A stretch of DNA of 64,000 nucleotides. Origin: Rhizaria sp. SCN 62-66 (Eukaryota). This document shows positions 36,101 to 46,837 of this stretch, piece by piece. Position 1 is the first letter of the stretch. Every line of letters begins with the position of its first letter. The stretch is from assembly GCA_001724265.1 (NCBI GenBank), contig MEDY01000096.1, forward strand, positions 1-64,000. Reading direction: 5' to 3'. A program made the translations under genes and the position numbers. The notes below the pieces were generated by a model. That model was given only the letters and a program-made list of their open reading frames with translations. It had not been told where the DNA came from and searched no databases.

Positions 36101-39100
36101 GCCAGCAGCGCCGCCAGAGACCCCGGCCGAGGGAGCGGCTTTACTTTAATATGCGGGGATGCCGCGACCGCAGCGTTGCGCTTGAAGGGAGTCCCGCCAC
36201 TCGCTTTGTAGTAGCTGCTCAGAGATGGCGGCGGCTGACCTTGGGCATGGATTGGAGTTGGCTGTCCAGCAGCAGCAGGGTGACTGTGTGTCGCGGGGGT
36301 CTGCGGTGGGTACGGATATGGCACACTGAGCTGCCGGTCCAACGGCGGTCTTGTGTCAACGCTGCCGCTACTGCTGGCCACAGTGATGTTGTTTGGCGCG
36401 TTTGCCCGTGCGACAAACGCCACGTCGCCTGAGCGCACTGCAGAGTCCAGCTCGGCCATGAAGTCTGCCTTCTCGTCTTCATGGAGAGCCATGAGGCCCT
36501 GCATTGATGCAACAGATGTCTTCCGCGGTGCACTTTGTTTCTGTTGCTGCTGTTGCAACATTTGTTGCTGCTGTTGCTGCTGCAGCTGTTGTTGTTGCAT
36601 TGCGTGCTGCTGCTCTCGCGTCTGCGCAGCCGCCATGCTGCTAGCGGTGACTTGGCCACTTAATGGCATAAAACCAGTCGTTGACACCTTCGGTTGCTTC
36701 TTGTAGATTGAGTGTCCGGGCGCCGTTGGGTGGCCGTAAGCAAGCGCAGTAGCCTGGCTCTGCGCTGCCGCGGTGTGATGCTGCTGCGGTGCCGGAGATG
36801 CCTGTGAGAATAAGACCGGTGTCGACTCTAGCGCGTTTCCGCCGCCGCGCCGCGCCCATCCGCTACCCACATGCGGCTGCTGTTGCAGCTGCTGCACGCT
36901 CATACTGCCTGCAACACCAGTGGCGTGCTGCAGCGCACTGCCCGTTGCGCGGTACTGTTGCTGCTGTTGCTCGAAACCGCGGCGATGCAGCCGCAGCTCA
37001 AACAGAGTCTGCATCTCTTTGCCCCACGTTCTCTGCAACTGAACGTGATCAGCCGTGTTGCTTGCAGTCGCGTGTAAGTGCACTGCGGCCGCCACTGCAG
37101 TCGCAGTTGCCTCTATTGCAGCGACGGCGGCGGCTGCGGTCTGGCGCGAGGTGCTGCTAACGTCAGCAACGCGTGTGGCGCCCAGTCGGTCGCGCAGCAT
37201 GCCGGCGCAGTGCGCCACGCCGCACGTCTGAGGTTGCTGCTGCAGGGTAGCAGAGTCAGTTGGTGCAATCGCGCCTGTGCGCAAGATGGAGTGCAACACG
37301 CACAACCGAACGCCCGAAAGCGTGGCAACGTTGTCGCACTCGTTGGCACCTGCGCTGGCACCGCTATCGTTAGCGCCAACGCTGCTGGAGCCAGGTGTTG
37401 CTGTCTAGAGCGACTGGGGCGTAACTGACAGAGGCGCAGTAACTGTGAGTGGCGTTGAGAGGTAGAGAATGGCAGCGGCAGTTGCAAGGCGGCTATCAGC
37501 GCTTGCGCTGCGACTGTCAGTGTTTGTACTGCTGTCAAGAGTGACTGTGAGCACCTGCTCAACTTGCAGATAGCGGCACGAGATGAACTGCACACATTGA
37601 TAAAGTTGCCCGCAGTCGCTGTTCTCCGCATCAGTTGCGGCAGATACAAGTGGCAGTAAAGCAGCTGACTCTGTTGTGGCTGTGGCTGCTCCAGTTGTTA
37701 GCGACAGCAAAGCTGCGGCGCTGTTATGCGTCGCATCGCCGTTAGAGCTGCTACGCCTGCGGCCGCCCCGGCCGCGGCCCGGGCTGCCCTAGCTAAGAAG
37801 GTGGGTATGCGTAGTATCGTGCGTGTGACTGTGCGTGGGCAAACACATCACGACCTTGTCGATGCCAAAGAAGAGCGTGGCGGGCGAGAACGCGTGTCCG
37901 CTGCCGCCAAAGCACACCCCGTCGACACCAACGGTCACCACACTAAGAACACAAAAAAGATAACATGAATGTTGCGTATTAGGGATTTTTTTAAACAAAA
38001 CAGTTTGTCAATTTTTGTCGAACATAATAGCACTTCATGCTGTAATGTGTCAAGATGTTTTTACTTTAAGCCGTACCTTGGCGACGGCGTGTTTTGGCTT
38101 AGCACTGCAGCTAGTTGCACCATGACCCAGCGGCGCCGTGCGCGTGCCGCTTCCGCTCGCGCCTCCGCCGCGGCCTCGGCCTCGCGCTGCTTTTGCTGTT
38201 TTTTTCCCTGCGCAGCGCCAGAGCCCGTGGGCGCGGCGCGGTCATCCGCCGCGCGGGGCGGCGGCGGCGGACTGGCCAGCATGGCGGCCACGTCTGCGTC
38301 GGCGAGCGGGTGGGCGATCTGTGCCCACAGCGCACCGGCGAAACCAGACAAGCCCACCTGCAGTTGTTGCATGCTGCGCTGCTGCTGCTGTTGCAAGGGC
38401 GTGGCAAGAGCGGCGCAGAGTGCCTGCAGAGTGGCCTTCCGCTCAGGCGCGGGCTGCGAGTCAGTTGCCGCGAATATCACGCGCAGCAAGTTCACTGTCA
38501 TAGCGAACCAACATGGCAAGCAAAAGTGACAAAGTCTCAATGTGAGCTTAATCATGCTTGAACTGTAAAGAAAGCAAAAATATATTGAGAACATCATGTC
38601 AAGCTTGTTTCAGACGTACTCTGCAGCATAAAGTCTCCTGCCGCGACGATAGCGGCGGCGATCCTGCCCGCGCTCTCAGCAACCGCAAGCAGCGATGCCA
38701 GCCGCATCTCGCTCTCATCCGCATTGGGGCCACCGGCGCCGGCCCCTTTGCCGCGTGCAACGGCACTGCGCGCGATCGCGAGCGCGGGCGGTGTCAGCGG
38801 CGCGGCCTCGAGCAGCCACGCGCAGGCCTGGGCGGCAATGGAGCTTGCTGTGGCGTCGGCGCCGGCGCCGGGGGACACGGCGGACGGCGCGGGGCTTAGC
38901 GCAAAGGGCAGCAGAGCCGGGACAATGCGGAAACGCAGGTGCTCGAAGAATGGGGCTAAGATGACATGTTATGGAAGTGTAAATCAACAAAGACGTGAGC
39001 AGGACGAACAGACAGTCGAGCATCTACATGAAACTGGGGCGCAATACGTATCAAAACACCACATACCGCGAGGATCTGAGGCCTCACAGATCATGTAGAT

Positions 39101-39789
39101 TGTCTGGAGCCGCTCCATTGTCTCAGCCCTGGTGCGAGTGCTGCCCCCGATCGCCGACGCAGCGGGCGCTGCTGACACTGCAGCTGCGGCCGCACTTGTC
39201 CCGCCAGCCGCGAGATACAGCGTCAATGCGTTGGCAACCGCATCGGCTAGTTCAGAGGACTCGAGCGCAGAGAGAAAGCGGCGCGGTGCGGTGTCGAGCA
39301 AGATGCAAAACGCTGATACTAGCAATGATGCAGCACGCGACAGAGGCTCAGCGATCGAGATCTCGCGAAATGTCTGCGGGGACATCATGAAAACAAGATA
39401 AGTATGATAGCCACGTTAGCAACGAGACAAAAACAACGCTCCATTGGTTATGAGCTTGATGGCAGATGATGTACCTTGATGAGAGTTTGCAGGAAGGTCG
39501 AGGCATGCGTCGCCTGTGTGGGAAAAAGGCAAGCGTGTAAGCGCAAGCGTTTGTGAGAAGAAAGTTTGATCATATGTTAACAAATAAAATACGCAAGCAA
39601 ATTTGCTACGTACGGTTGACTGACCAAAAACCTTAAGGATGGTGTCGGGGCATCCGCTGTCGACGGCGGAGGCCAACTTGTCCTACGAAGCCAAAGTGGG
39701 ATAGTGAAAGTGGATCAGAGAGCTGTAAAACAGCAAAAGATCACTCGGACCAAATATGATAGTCTACGTACCACCCATGTAGGCATCAT
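33154..39789 (-). CDS. Unknown protein (~1985 aa): helical N-terminus, beta-rich segment, long disordered region, C-terminal coiled coil. Exons 39789-39772, 39682-39632, 39513-39475, 39373-39067, 38955-38620, 38494-38077, 37942-33154
   Basis: Six GT-AG introns give a consistent frame. The last exon joins ORFs 37789-37998, 37405-37710, 35440-37305 and 33154-35307 (same frame) across three in-frame TAGs. Ends TGA TAA. Confidence 0.65.
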
Positions 39790-40252
39790 TTTTGTTGCCA
39801 GGTAACTTAAAGCACGGTTGTTTGAGTGAGGAAAGGCAGGAAATGCACGCTCAAACGCGTCACGACCAAGGCGGGTAAGAACTCAAAAAACAACTCGTGG
39901 TCAAAACATATCGTTCACTCTCCTGAGAAAACCAGACGAGTGGCGATATAGAATACGGATTAATATTTTATTGTGCTTTATTTTCTGCTGAAGCTCGTTG
40001 TTTTCGCTCTTTGATACATGACATATCGAGTCATTTGTGCCTTTGTGATGATACTTTGGAGATGATACTAGGAGCTTATGAAGCTAGAGCCCCTCAAGAA
40101 AAAGCACAAAGCTTCCTAACAGAGCTTTAATTTGCGCGCATTAAAAAGCTGGCAAGCTTGATTAATGCGTTAGAAGCTGTATGCCTGCAGAAGTGCCCTC
40201 ACTGCCTCAGTCGACCGTTATGCAACCGGCGTGACTTGGAGTCAAGCCACTT

Positions 40253-40282
40253 GAAGATTCAAAATCAGAAGATTCAAAATCA
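40253..40282. repeat. Perfect 15-nt tandem duplication (GAAGATTCAAAATCA)x2 in intergenic DNA
   Basis: Directly visible. Confidence 0.85.
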
Positions 40283-41260
40283 AATTCATCAATAAAACGT
40301 GATTTTGGAAATAGTATGTGAAGAATATGTGTTTATCCCATTTTCCATACTTTAATGTAATTGTATTTATATTATTATATTTCGGGCGTCCTTTTTTCTG
40401 ATCGTCCAAAACTAAAAAAGAAATATTTTAGAATGTTGGCACGGTTAGAGAAAACACTCATTTTTCTACGAAAAAATGGGCCAAGCAGCAAAACATGGGA
40501 AAGCTAGGGTTTTAAACTAGTAATTGAAAGTTGAAACGACATAAACTGTTGCATCTTTTGATCATTCACAAATTATCTCGAACAAACTGGTGTAACAATA
40601 ATCACTGTCAACATCACCTGTGACAATATGATTACCACGCCGATGAAAGATTATAGACGTGCACTTTTGATCATTTTCATTGCACTAAAGCGGTACCCGT
40701 TGTATTGCTATTCTATTTACGTGTACAGTACAAGCCATCGCACGGATTGCGACGGACATGTGTACTGCATCAATCGCACCGCCGATGTCTGCACCAGAGT
40801 GCTTCACAGACACCGTACTTAGAAAGAGAAATGGACATGTACACACAGCACCGCATAAGATGACACATTGAGTGCTACACCATGCTTGTGCCTGCCAATA
40901 GTTCGCAGGCAAACACCAAATATCGTGTGGCAAACTTCAGCATTAAAGGAAAGTTCAAGTGTGAGGTGAAAAACTACCACTTGAAAGAGATATAATCTTA
41001 AGGGCATTCATGAAAATATACACAGATAATAAACAGAAAAAATAGGAAAACATACACAAAATAGAGAAAACAAAGTAAGAGGGCAGAACGACAACAACGC
41101 AACAATGCAAGCATTTACTCGTTGTCCGTCTTCACATCACCTCGCTTAGCCTTGCTTTGCTATCCTAATCCTAAGCAGAGAGTCAAACAGTGTGCGCTTT
41201 CGTGCTTAATGCACGCAGGCACACGCCGTGAGCTTGCGCGTGTTGCAAGTAGCCCGTTGT

Positions 41261-42959
41261 TTAGCGGTAGAGCTTGGCGCGCGCCTCACGGATCTGCGCC
41301 ATAGCCTCGGGGCGGTTGGTCTGCATCGCCTCGGGGTCCTCGGCCCACACCACGAACGTGGCGCGCACGGCGTCGTGCATCTGGTTCAGCACCAGCGCGG
41401 CGGCGATAAATGACACGAAGAAGACGATGAGCAGCAGCGCGATCTGCGACGTGCCCTCGGCGCGCCAGTCGTCCTGGTAGTTGTAGTAGTACGGCAGCCC
41501 GACCACGAGCGTGGTGAAGAGGCCGGACGAGATGACGCCCGAGAAGATGGCGTAGCCAGTCATGTCGTCGTTGATGATGGCATCGAAGCCGCGGGACTTA
41601 AACAGCGAAAAGACGCGCTTGGCGGCCGTGATGTAGTCGTAGCCGTAGAGCGCGATCTGCACGTAGGCGTAGGCGTTGAAGTAGCGTGCAAGGCGCTTGA
41701 GGCAGTCGAGCCAGCAGATGGCGCAGCAGATGAGCAGCGATGTACACGCGTTGTTGCGGCCGCGGTTGTTGCCGTTGCGCGCGTTCTGCAGCATCGCGAT
41801 GAGCGCCTCAAGCACGGCGACGATGAAGGCGCCGAGCGCGAGCGAGCCGAGCGAAGTGGTGCACGCGCGGCCCCAGGACGCGAGGGAGACGCAGTTGGAC
41901 GCGCCGGGAAGGTACCACCACGTGCCGACGGCGCCAGCGCAGGTGACGTTGCTGATGGCCTGCGCGGTGCCGATGACCCAGTAGAGCGAAATGACGAGGA
42001 GGAACCAGATGAAGCCGGCGAGCCCGGTGGCGGTGGAGCCCGTGGTGGTGCCCGTGTCGGGGTCGTACGATCCGGGGTCGACCATATTGATGATGGAGCT
42101 GGCGGCGTAGACCCAGAACACGGCCCACACGATGGTCACGGCGGACATGATGAGGTGGATGCCGATGACGCCGTAGTACTGGCGTACAGCAGTGAGCGAG
42201 TTGCTGATGAGCGCGGCAGAGAACGGAATGCGGCGCCGCAGGCAGAAATAGCAGAGTACGCACAGCGCGGCAAAGATGGCGAAGATGATGCCGCCGATGA
42301 CGTTGCCGATGTAGAAGAAGAGCACCGCGGCGGCGACAAGCTGGAGGAAGTTGAGGAAGAAGCCGAGCTTAATCATACCAGCGGCGCAGAACGATGTCGC
42401 ACAGAGCCAGAAGATACCGCAAATGAGACCGATAACGCCTGAAACGGCAATGACACCGAAGAAGCGCGTGTTGAATTCGAAGGACGCATCCGAGGGCACC
42501 TCGGTGGAGGGCTCGTTGTTCCACTTCCCGATGTACACGATGCCGATGATTATCATGGCGACGAGGTGAGCGAGGAAGATGAACGCACAGCCCCAGTCGT
42601 TGCAGCGGCAGTTGGAGTTGCCCTTCTCCGTGGTGATCATCTCGCCGCGCGGGTCGACCTCGATCGCCGGGTCCGCGGTGAGGTTGTCGTTGTTGCCCGC
42701 GGGCATGCCCTGGTTAGCGACCTCAGGCGGCGGCGCGTGGCGGTTCGGCGGCTGCTGGTTGTACTGCGGCTGCTGGTACTGCTGAGGCTGCTGATACTGC
42801 TGCGGCTGCTGGTACTGCTGCTGCTGGTTGTACTGCGGAGGCTGCTGGTACTGGTACTGCTGCTGCTGGTACTGAGGGTACTGCTGCTGCTGCTGGGGGT
42901 ACTGCTGCGGGTACTGTTGAGGGTACTGCTGCATCGGATAGCCCTGCTGCTGCATCGGA

Positions 42960-42991
<32 letters not shown>

Positions 42992-43045
42992 CTGCGGGTA
43001 GCCGCCCTGCTGGGGCGGGTAGTAGTTCGGCGGAGCGTTGCTCAT
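41261..43045 (-). CDS. Choline transporter-like (CTL/SLC44, PNS1-type) multi-pass membrane protein (594 aa)
   Basis: About 10 hydrophobic TM segments. Motifs CNDWGCAFIF, RRIPFSAALI, RACTTSLGSLALGAFIVA, YFNAYAYVQIALYGYDYITAAKRVFSLFKSRGFDAIINDD and FVVWAEDP. Gln/Tyr/Pro-rich N-terminus. Stop TAA. Confidence 0.92.
42760..43030 (-). repeat. Coding tandem repeats (QQQGYP / QQYP / QQYQQP) forming a Q/Y/P-rich N-terminal tail
   Basis: Repeated peptide units are directly visible in the CTL N-terminus. Confidence 0.8.
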
Positions 43046-44074
43046 CGCGAACTAAAACGAGGAAGCAAAAAACAACAACAAAGGTGACGTTTTAAATGAG
43101 AAACGAAGCGGATCAGACTGGCAATGTTGCATCGATAGCGCGGTTTTCTCGGCGGCGCGGACAAAAATAGAAGCGGCACACGGTAGAACGCAACAAGAGA
43201 CGTTGGTTGTGGGCCGCAACAAAGACACAATACCCACATGAAGCTCACAAGCGATGACGCAAGCGCACGAGAGCAACATTCGCGAGCATGGGCGTGTGGT
43301 GCGAGTCTCGAAATCGTGTTTTCGCATGTGAGATTGCCTTCCCAGCCACAGTAGCCGTTGATTTTGGTTCAGTTCAACGCGCCATAGCAAATAAACATAG
43401 TATTATGAATAATAAGCTCGGTGAGAGCCGCAGGCATGAATCGACGGCGGGCCTAAGCTCAGATAGTTTGTGAGGGAAGCGGTTTCTTCCTCTGCTTTGG
43501 TAGACATCATCGACGAATGTGATGCCACTTCAACAAGTATATTCACATTGATAACACGCACACACACTATAAAACACAGTGTATGGACTGTGATGACGAG
43601 CTGGGAAGGCACATGATCGTAATCTGTCGACACCTCCTGTGTCTCGTGGGTCGCGACATTTCGCTCGCGCCTGGACACTTTTTGCCTCCCGACGGTTCGT
43701 AAAAAATCTTCGCAATGCAGCAAAATAGCTCTTTACACCGTAGAAATGACGTACTTTAAATAAAAAGTCTTATTTTTGTATATAACACTCAATAATATAC
43801 ATATGCGCACCGTTATTATTGCATACTGGTTCGAGTTGACCTTCCAAAACATGCCGAGTTAATGTCGGACTGGCTGGCCATTTAAATGGCTACTCTTGAG
43901 CTTACAACAAAACGGCCTCCCGCCACTTCGTCATCCCAGATCAACGCAAATTTTTACAAAGGGATCTAATACACATGACCATAGCGATATACAAGGCATA
44001 TACCGCTCCGAGAACTGCTAATATGATGACATGGCGTCATAGAGTAACCGGAAGAGTGTCAGTTATTCGCTAAC

Positions 44075-46276
44075 TCAACCGGCGACTGCGAAGAGCGCAA
44101 CAGCGAGCACTGTGGCCATAGTCAGCGCGAGCGCCGTCGCCACGGGGCCCTTGGCAGCGGTGACAGCCACCGCGGCGTTGTCGGCGTCGGACATGTAAAA
44201 TGGGTACAAGAAGTCTGTGGGCAAAGTCGGCAGCACAGGTGGCGACGAAGGCACCACCTCCTTGATGCCGCCCCACGGCCAGTGCAGCCAAGCCACGCTC
44301 GCAAACACCGGCACGGGCTCCAAGTCCGTCGCTGCGGCCTGCGCAAATGTCACGGCACCGCGCGCGTATGTGACACGCGCGGAGACAATCGCGCGCTGAG
44401 GGTTGAGCTGCGAGCCGTAGTCGGCGGTGATGAACTCGACCTGCACGCTCGTCACGAGGTTCGAGCACGTCGCCGTCAGCGGGTCCCACGTGCCCGGTGT
44501 CGCTGAGGGCCACGCCGCGGTCTGCAGCTCGCGCCAGTCGTACAAGTTCTCGGCGCTGGCGTTGCCCCAGACGCCGACGCGCGTCTGAGTGGGCTCCATG
44601 TAGGCGCGCAGCCCGTCGGCGTCGGTGCAGAGCGTCTCGAGCGCGGCCAGCGTCAACGGGACCGTGCACTGCGCTGCCGTGTCCACGCCCACCGAGACGG
44701 GCGCAGTGAACGCCAACAGCGAAGGCGTCGCAGCCGTGGCCACACACTGCCGGTCTGAGTTGAACGAAATCGTAGTGAGCCCGCCAACGGCGCGTGCAAC
44801 GGCCTGGCCAACCACTGCCGTTGGATCCGCCGCGGTGGGGTCCGTAACGTCGACGACGACGCCCGCGAGCACGGCCGAGCCCGCCAGGTAGCCCGGGACG
44901 CCGGAGCGCGCGGGGACAACGACGAGCCCAGTCGGCAGCTGCGCCACGCCCGCGGTGGCCTGGAACGAGCCAGCGAGTGGGGAGACGAGCCCCCACGACT
45001 GCGCGTAGTTGAACGGCAGCGCGCAGCCACCCGAGGTGGTGGCGCTGACGGTGCCCGTCGCGGGGCCAGTCACGGCCGTGACGTTGACGCTAGAGATGGC
45101 GCCGGCCGCGGTGTAAGACACCGAGTACGTGGCCGCCAGCAGGGCGCCGTCGCAGCGGCAGTTGGCGGCGTCCCACACGGGCGCCGCGAAGGTGTAGGGC
45201 GTCACCTCCTCCAGGGTCTGCCCCGCGGTGACCACAGTGCTGATGTCGTACACCTGCGTGAACGTGTTGGTAGACGCTGTGACCGTGAAGACCGACGCGA
45301 TGACGATTGGCGCCCAGGACGCGGCATCCGAGTGCACGGCGCCGGGCGTGCGCGCAAGCGCCAAACCCGACAGCGCGACGGCGGGCGCGAACACCCCCGT
45401 GGCGCTGCACGCCGTGGCGGGAGTCAAAGACGCGCGCTGGCACGCGCGCGAGGGCGCTTCGGACATGAAGCCGGCGGGGCTGAGCGGCGAGCACGCGCCC
45501 TGCAGGTCGCCCGTCGGCAGCGGGAGGAACGCGGGCACCGCGGGCGTGATGGTGTAGCCGCCCGAGCCGTCAGCGGTGCGCAGAGCACGGGGGATGCGCG
45601 CGTTAGACGTGTATGCACTCGCCGTCGTCGTTGTCGTAGTGCTCGTGCTAGTCGTTGTCGTCGTAGTGCTCGAGTCGGTGGGCGCGAAGGAGAACGCGCC
45701 AAAGTTGGTGCGGACATCGTTGAGCTGTGCTTCGGTGAACGTGTCGGGGGTGTCGAGGAAGCGGCCCTGGGTAGGGTAGTTGTCGCGAGTCACGCACATG
45801 AGGTTCCCTAGTAAGTTTGCGGTCAGGTCGCCGCGCTTGTTGACGCGGACCAGGTCGGGATCGACGCAGGACGTGAGGTTCGCCACCACGGGCCCGTCGG
45901 GGAGAAATGAGGAGAAGAGCGCGACTTGCTCGGTCGAGCAATCGGGGTCGCAGCCGCAGCCGGCGTCGCAGAACATGGGCAGGATGTTGCACGTGCACGG
46001 ACCCATCTCGCGCAGCGTCGGCGTCGGCACGCTGGAGCTCGTGGCAATACCAACAAGCGAAACATTGACGGGGAAGGTCGACATGGCGTCAACAGTCGGA
46101 ACGGGGCTGAGCGAGAGCTGCGAAGCCTCGAGGGCAGCAGCATCAGCAACAGACGCAGCAGCGGCAGCACTAGAGGTGACTGCAGCTGCGGTGGATTGTG
46201 CGAAAGCAAGATGCCGCGCGGACAGACATAAGACCGATAGCAGCAGCAGCCGGAGGGCCGCGCGCGGAAAGGTCAT
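44075..46276 (-). CDS. TCTN: Tectonic-family ciliary transition-zone protein (733 aa)
   Basis: Signal peptide MTFPRAALRLLLLSVLCLSARHLAFA. Cys motif GPCTCNILPMFCDAGCGCDPDCS. RSGVPGYLAGSAVLAG, VGVWGNA and GSQLNPQRAIV. PTLPTDFLYPF followed by a hydrophobic C-terminus. Stop TGA. Confidence 0.88.
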   Translation of the reverse strand: MTFPRAALRLLLLSVLCLSARHLAFAQSTAAAVTSSAAAAASVADAAALEASQLSLSPVPTVDAMSTFPVNVSLVGIATSSSVPTPTLREMGPCTCNILPMFCDAGCGCDPDCSTEQVALFSSFLPDGPVVANLTSCVDPDLVRVNKRGDLTANLLGNLMCVTRDNYPTQGRFLDTPDTFTEAQLNDVRTNFGAFSFAPTDSSTTTTTTSTSTTTTTTASAYTSNARIPRALRTADGSGGYTITPAVPAFLPLPTGDLQGACSPLSPAGFMSEAPSRACQRASLTPATACSATGVFAPAVALSGLALARTPGAVHSDAASWAPIVIASVFTVTASTNTFTQVYDISTVVTAGQTLEEVTPYTFAAPVWDAANCRCDGALLAATYSVSYTAAGAISSVNVTAVTGPATGTVSATTSGGCALPFNYAQSWGLVSPLAGSFQATAGVAQLPTGLVVVPARSGVPGYLAGSAVLAGVVVDVTDPTAADPTAVVGQAVARAVGGLTTISFNSDRQCVATAATPSLLAFTAPVSVGVDTAAQCTVPLTLAALETLCTDADGLRAYMEPTQTRVGVWGNASAENLYDWRELQTAAWPSATPGTWDPLTATCSNLVTSVQVEFITADYGSQLNPQRAIVSARVTYARGAVTFAQAAATDLEPVPVFASVAWLHWPWGGIKEVVPSSPPVLPTLPTDFLYPFYMSDADNAAVAVTAAKGPVATALALTMATVLAVALFAVAG

Positions 46277-46837
46277 CGCGAGGCGCGGGGGCGGGCAGCT
46301 GGCAGAAAGAGGATGAACGAATGCTCGAGTTTGGACGAGGGAAGAGCTGGAGCGAAAATACGAAAATGACAGGGAAGGACATATTTTTGTGAGTTTGAAT
46401 TTAAATGGCATATAGATTTATTATATGAATTTCGCGGAATTTGTGTTTCATTTCGAAATCACGATTATAACAAGAGCACAGAGCTGTTGACTTTACGCGC
46501 GTCTTTTGAAGTTGACGACCGCCTTTGACTGGTGGCGCTAATGCCACCATCTGTATAAGCTCACTAATCGGCAAGATTTGAGTCGCAAGATGTATATTTC
46601 TCAGCATAGGTCCAAAATATATGAAACCTAGAAGTACGAGCAATCCGAAAGAGTCATCGTTTCAGTTCTATATTGTGTATATCTCTGCTAAATCTCGCAG
46701 GCGGCATGAGCAATAGCCCTTCGTCACTGTGTGTTAAATCGTTATATGTGTAAGATTAGTCGTATCATTTGTTATCAAGTCATGAACACTTCATCTTTGT
46801 TAGTCCATACATTATCTCTATGCACCACGCAGCTACT

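Noticed and set aside
2915-37791. In-frame TAGs as intron acceptor sites (YAG) or true stops of separate genes
   Set aside because: Real introns and intergenic regions here are AT-rich with pyrimidine tracts and mostly GTAC donors. The TAGs lie in uninterrupted GC-rich coding-like sequence with the frame preserved on both sides.
2915-37791. Pseudogenes, sequencing errors, pyrrolysine or programmed readthrough as the explanation for the TAGs
   Set aside because: All six interruptions are TAG, with no frameshifts and no TAA/TGA. The 3' contexts differ, so there is no shared readthrough signal. Pyrrolysine is not known in eukaryotes and no pyl genes are present. Errors cannot be fully excluded without the reads.
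39790-41260. Short ORFs (40628-41007) and an imperfect hairpin near 40123-40150 in the longest intergenic region
   Set aside because: AT-rich, no coding signature, and no recognisable ncRNA or transposon termini.
43820-43850. GGTTCGAGT resembling a tRNA T-loop/B-box (candidate suppressor tRNA)
   Set aside because: I could not build a cloverleaf, acceptor stem or anticodon arm around it. No tRNA(CUA) was found in this window.
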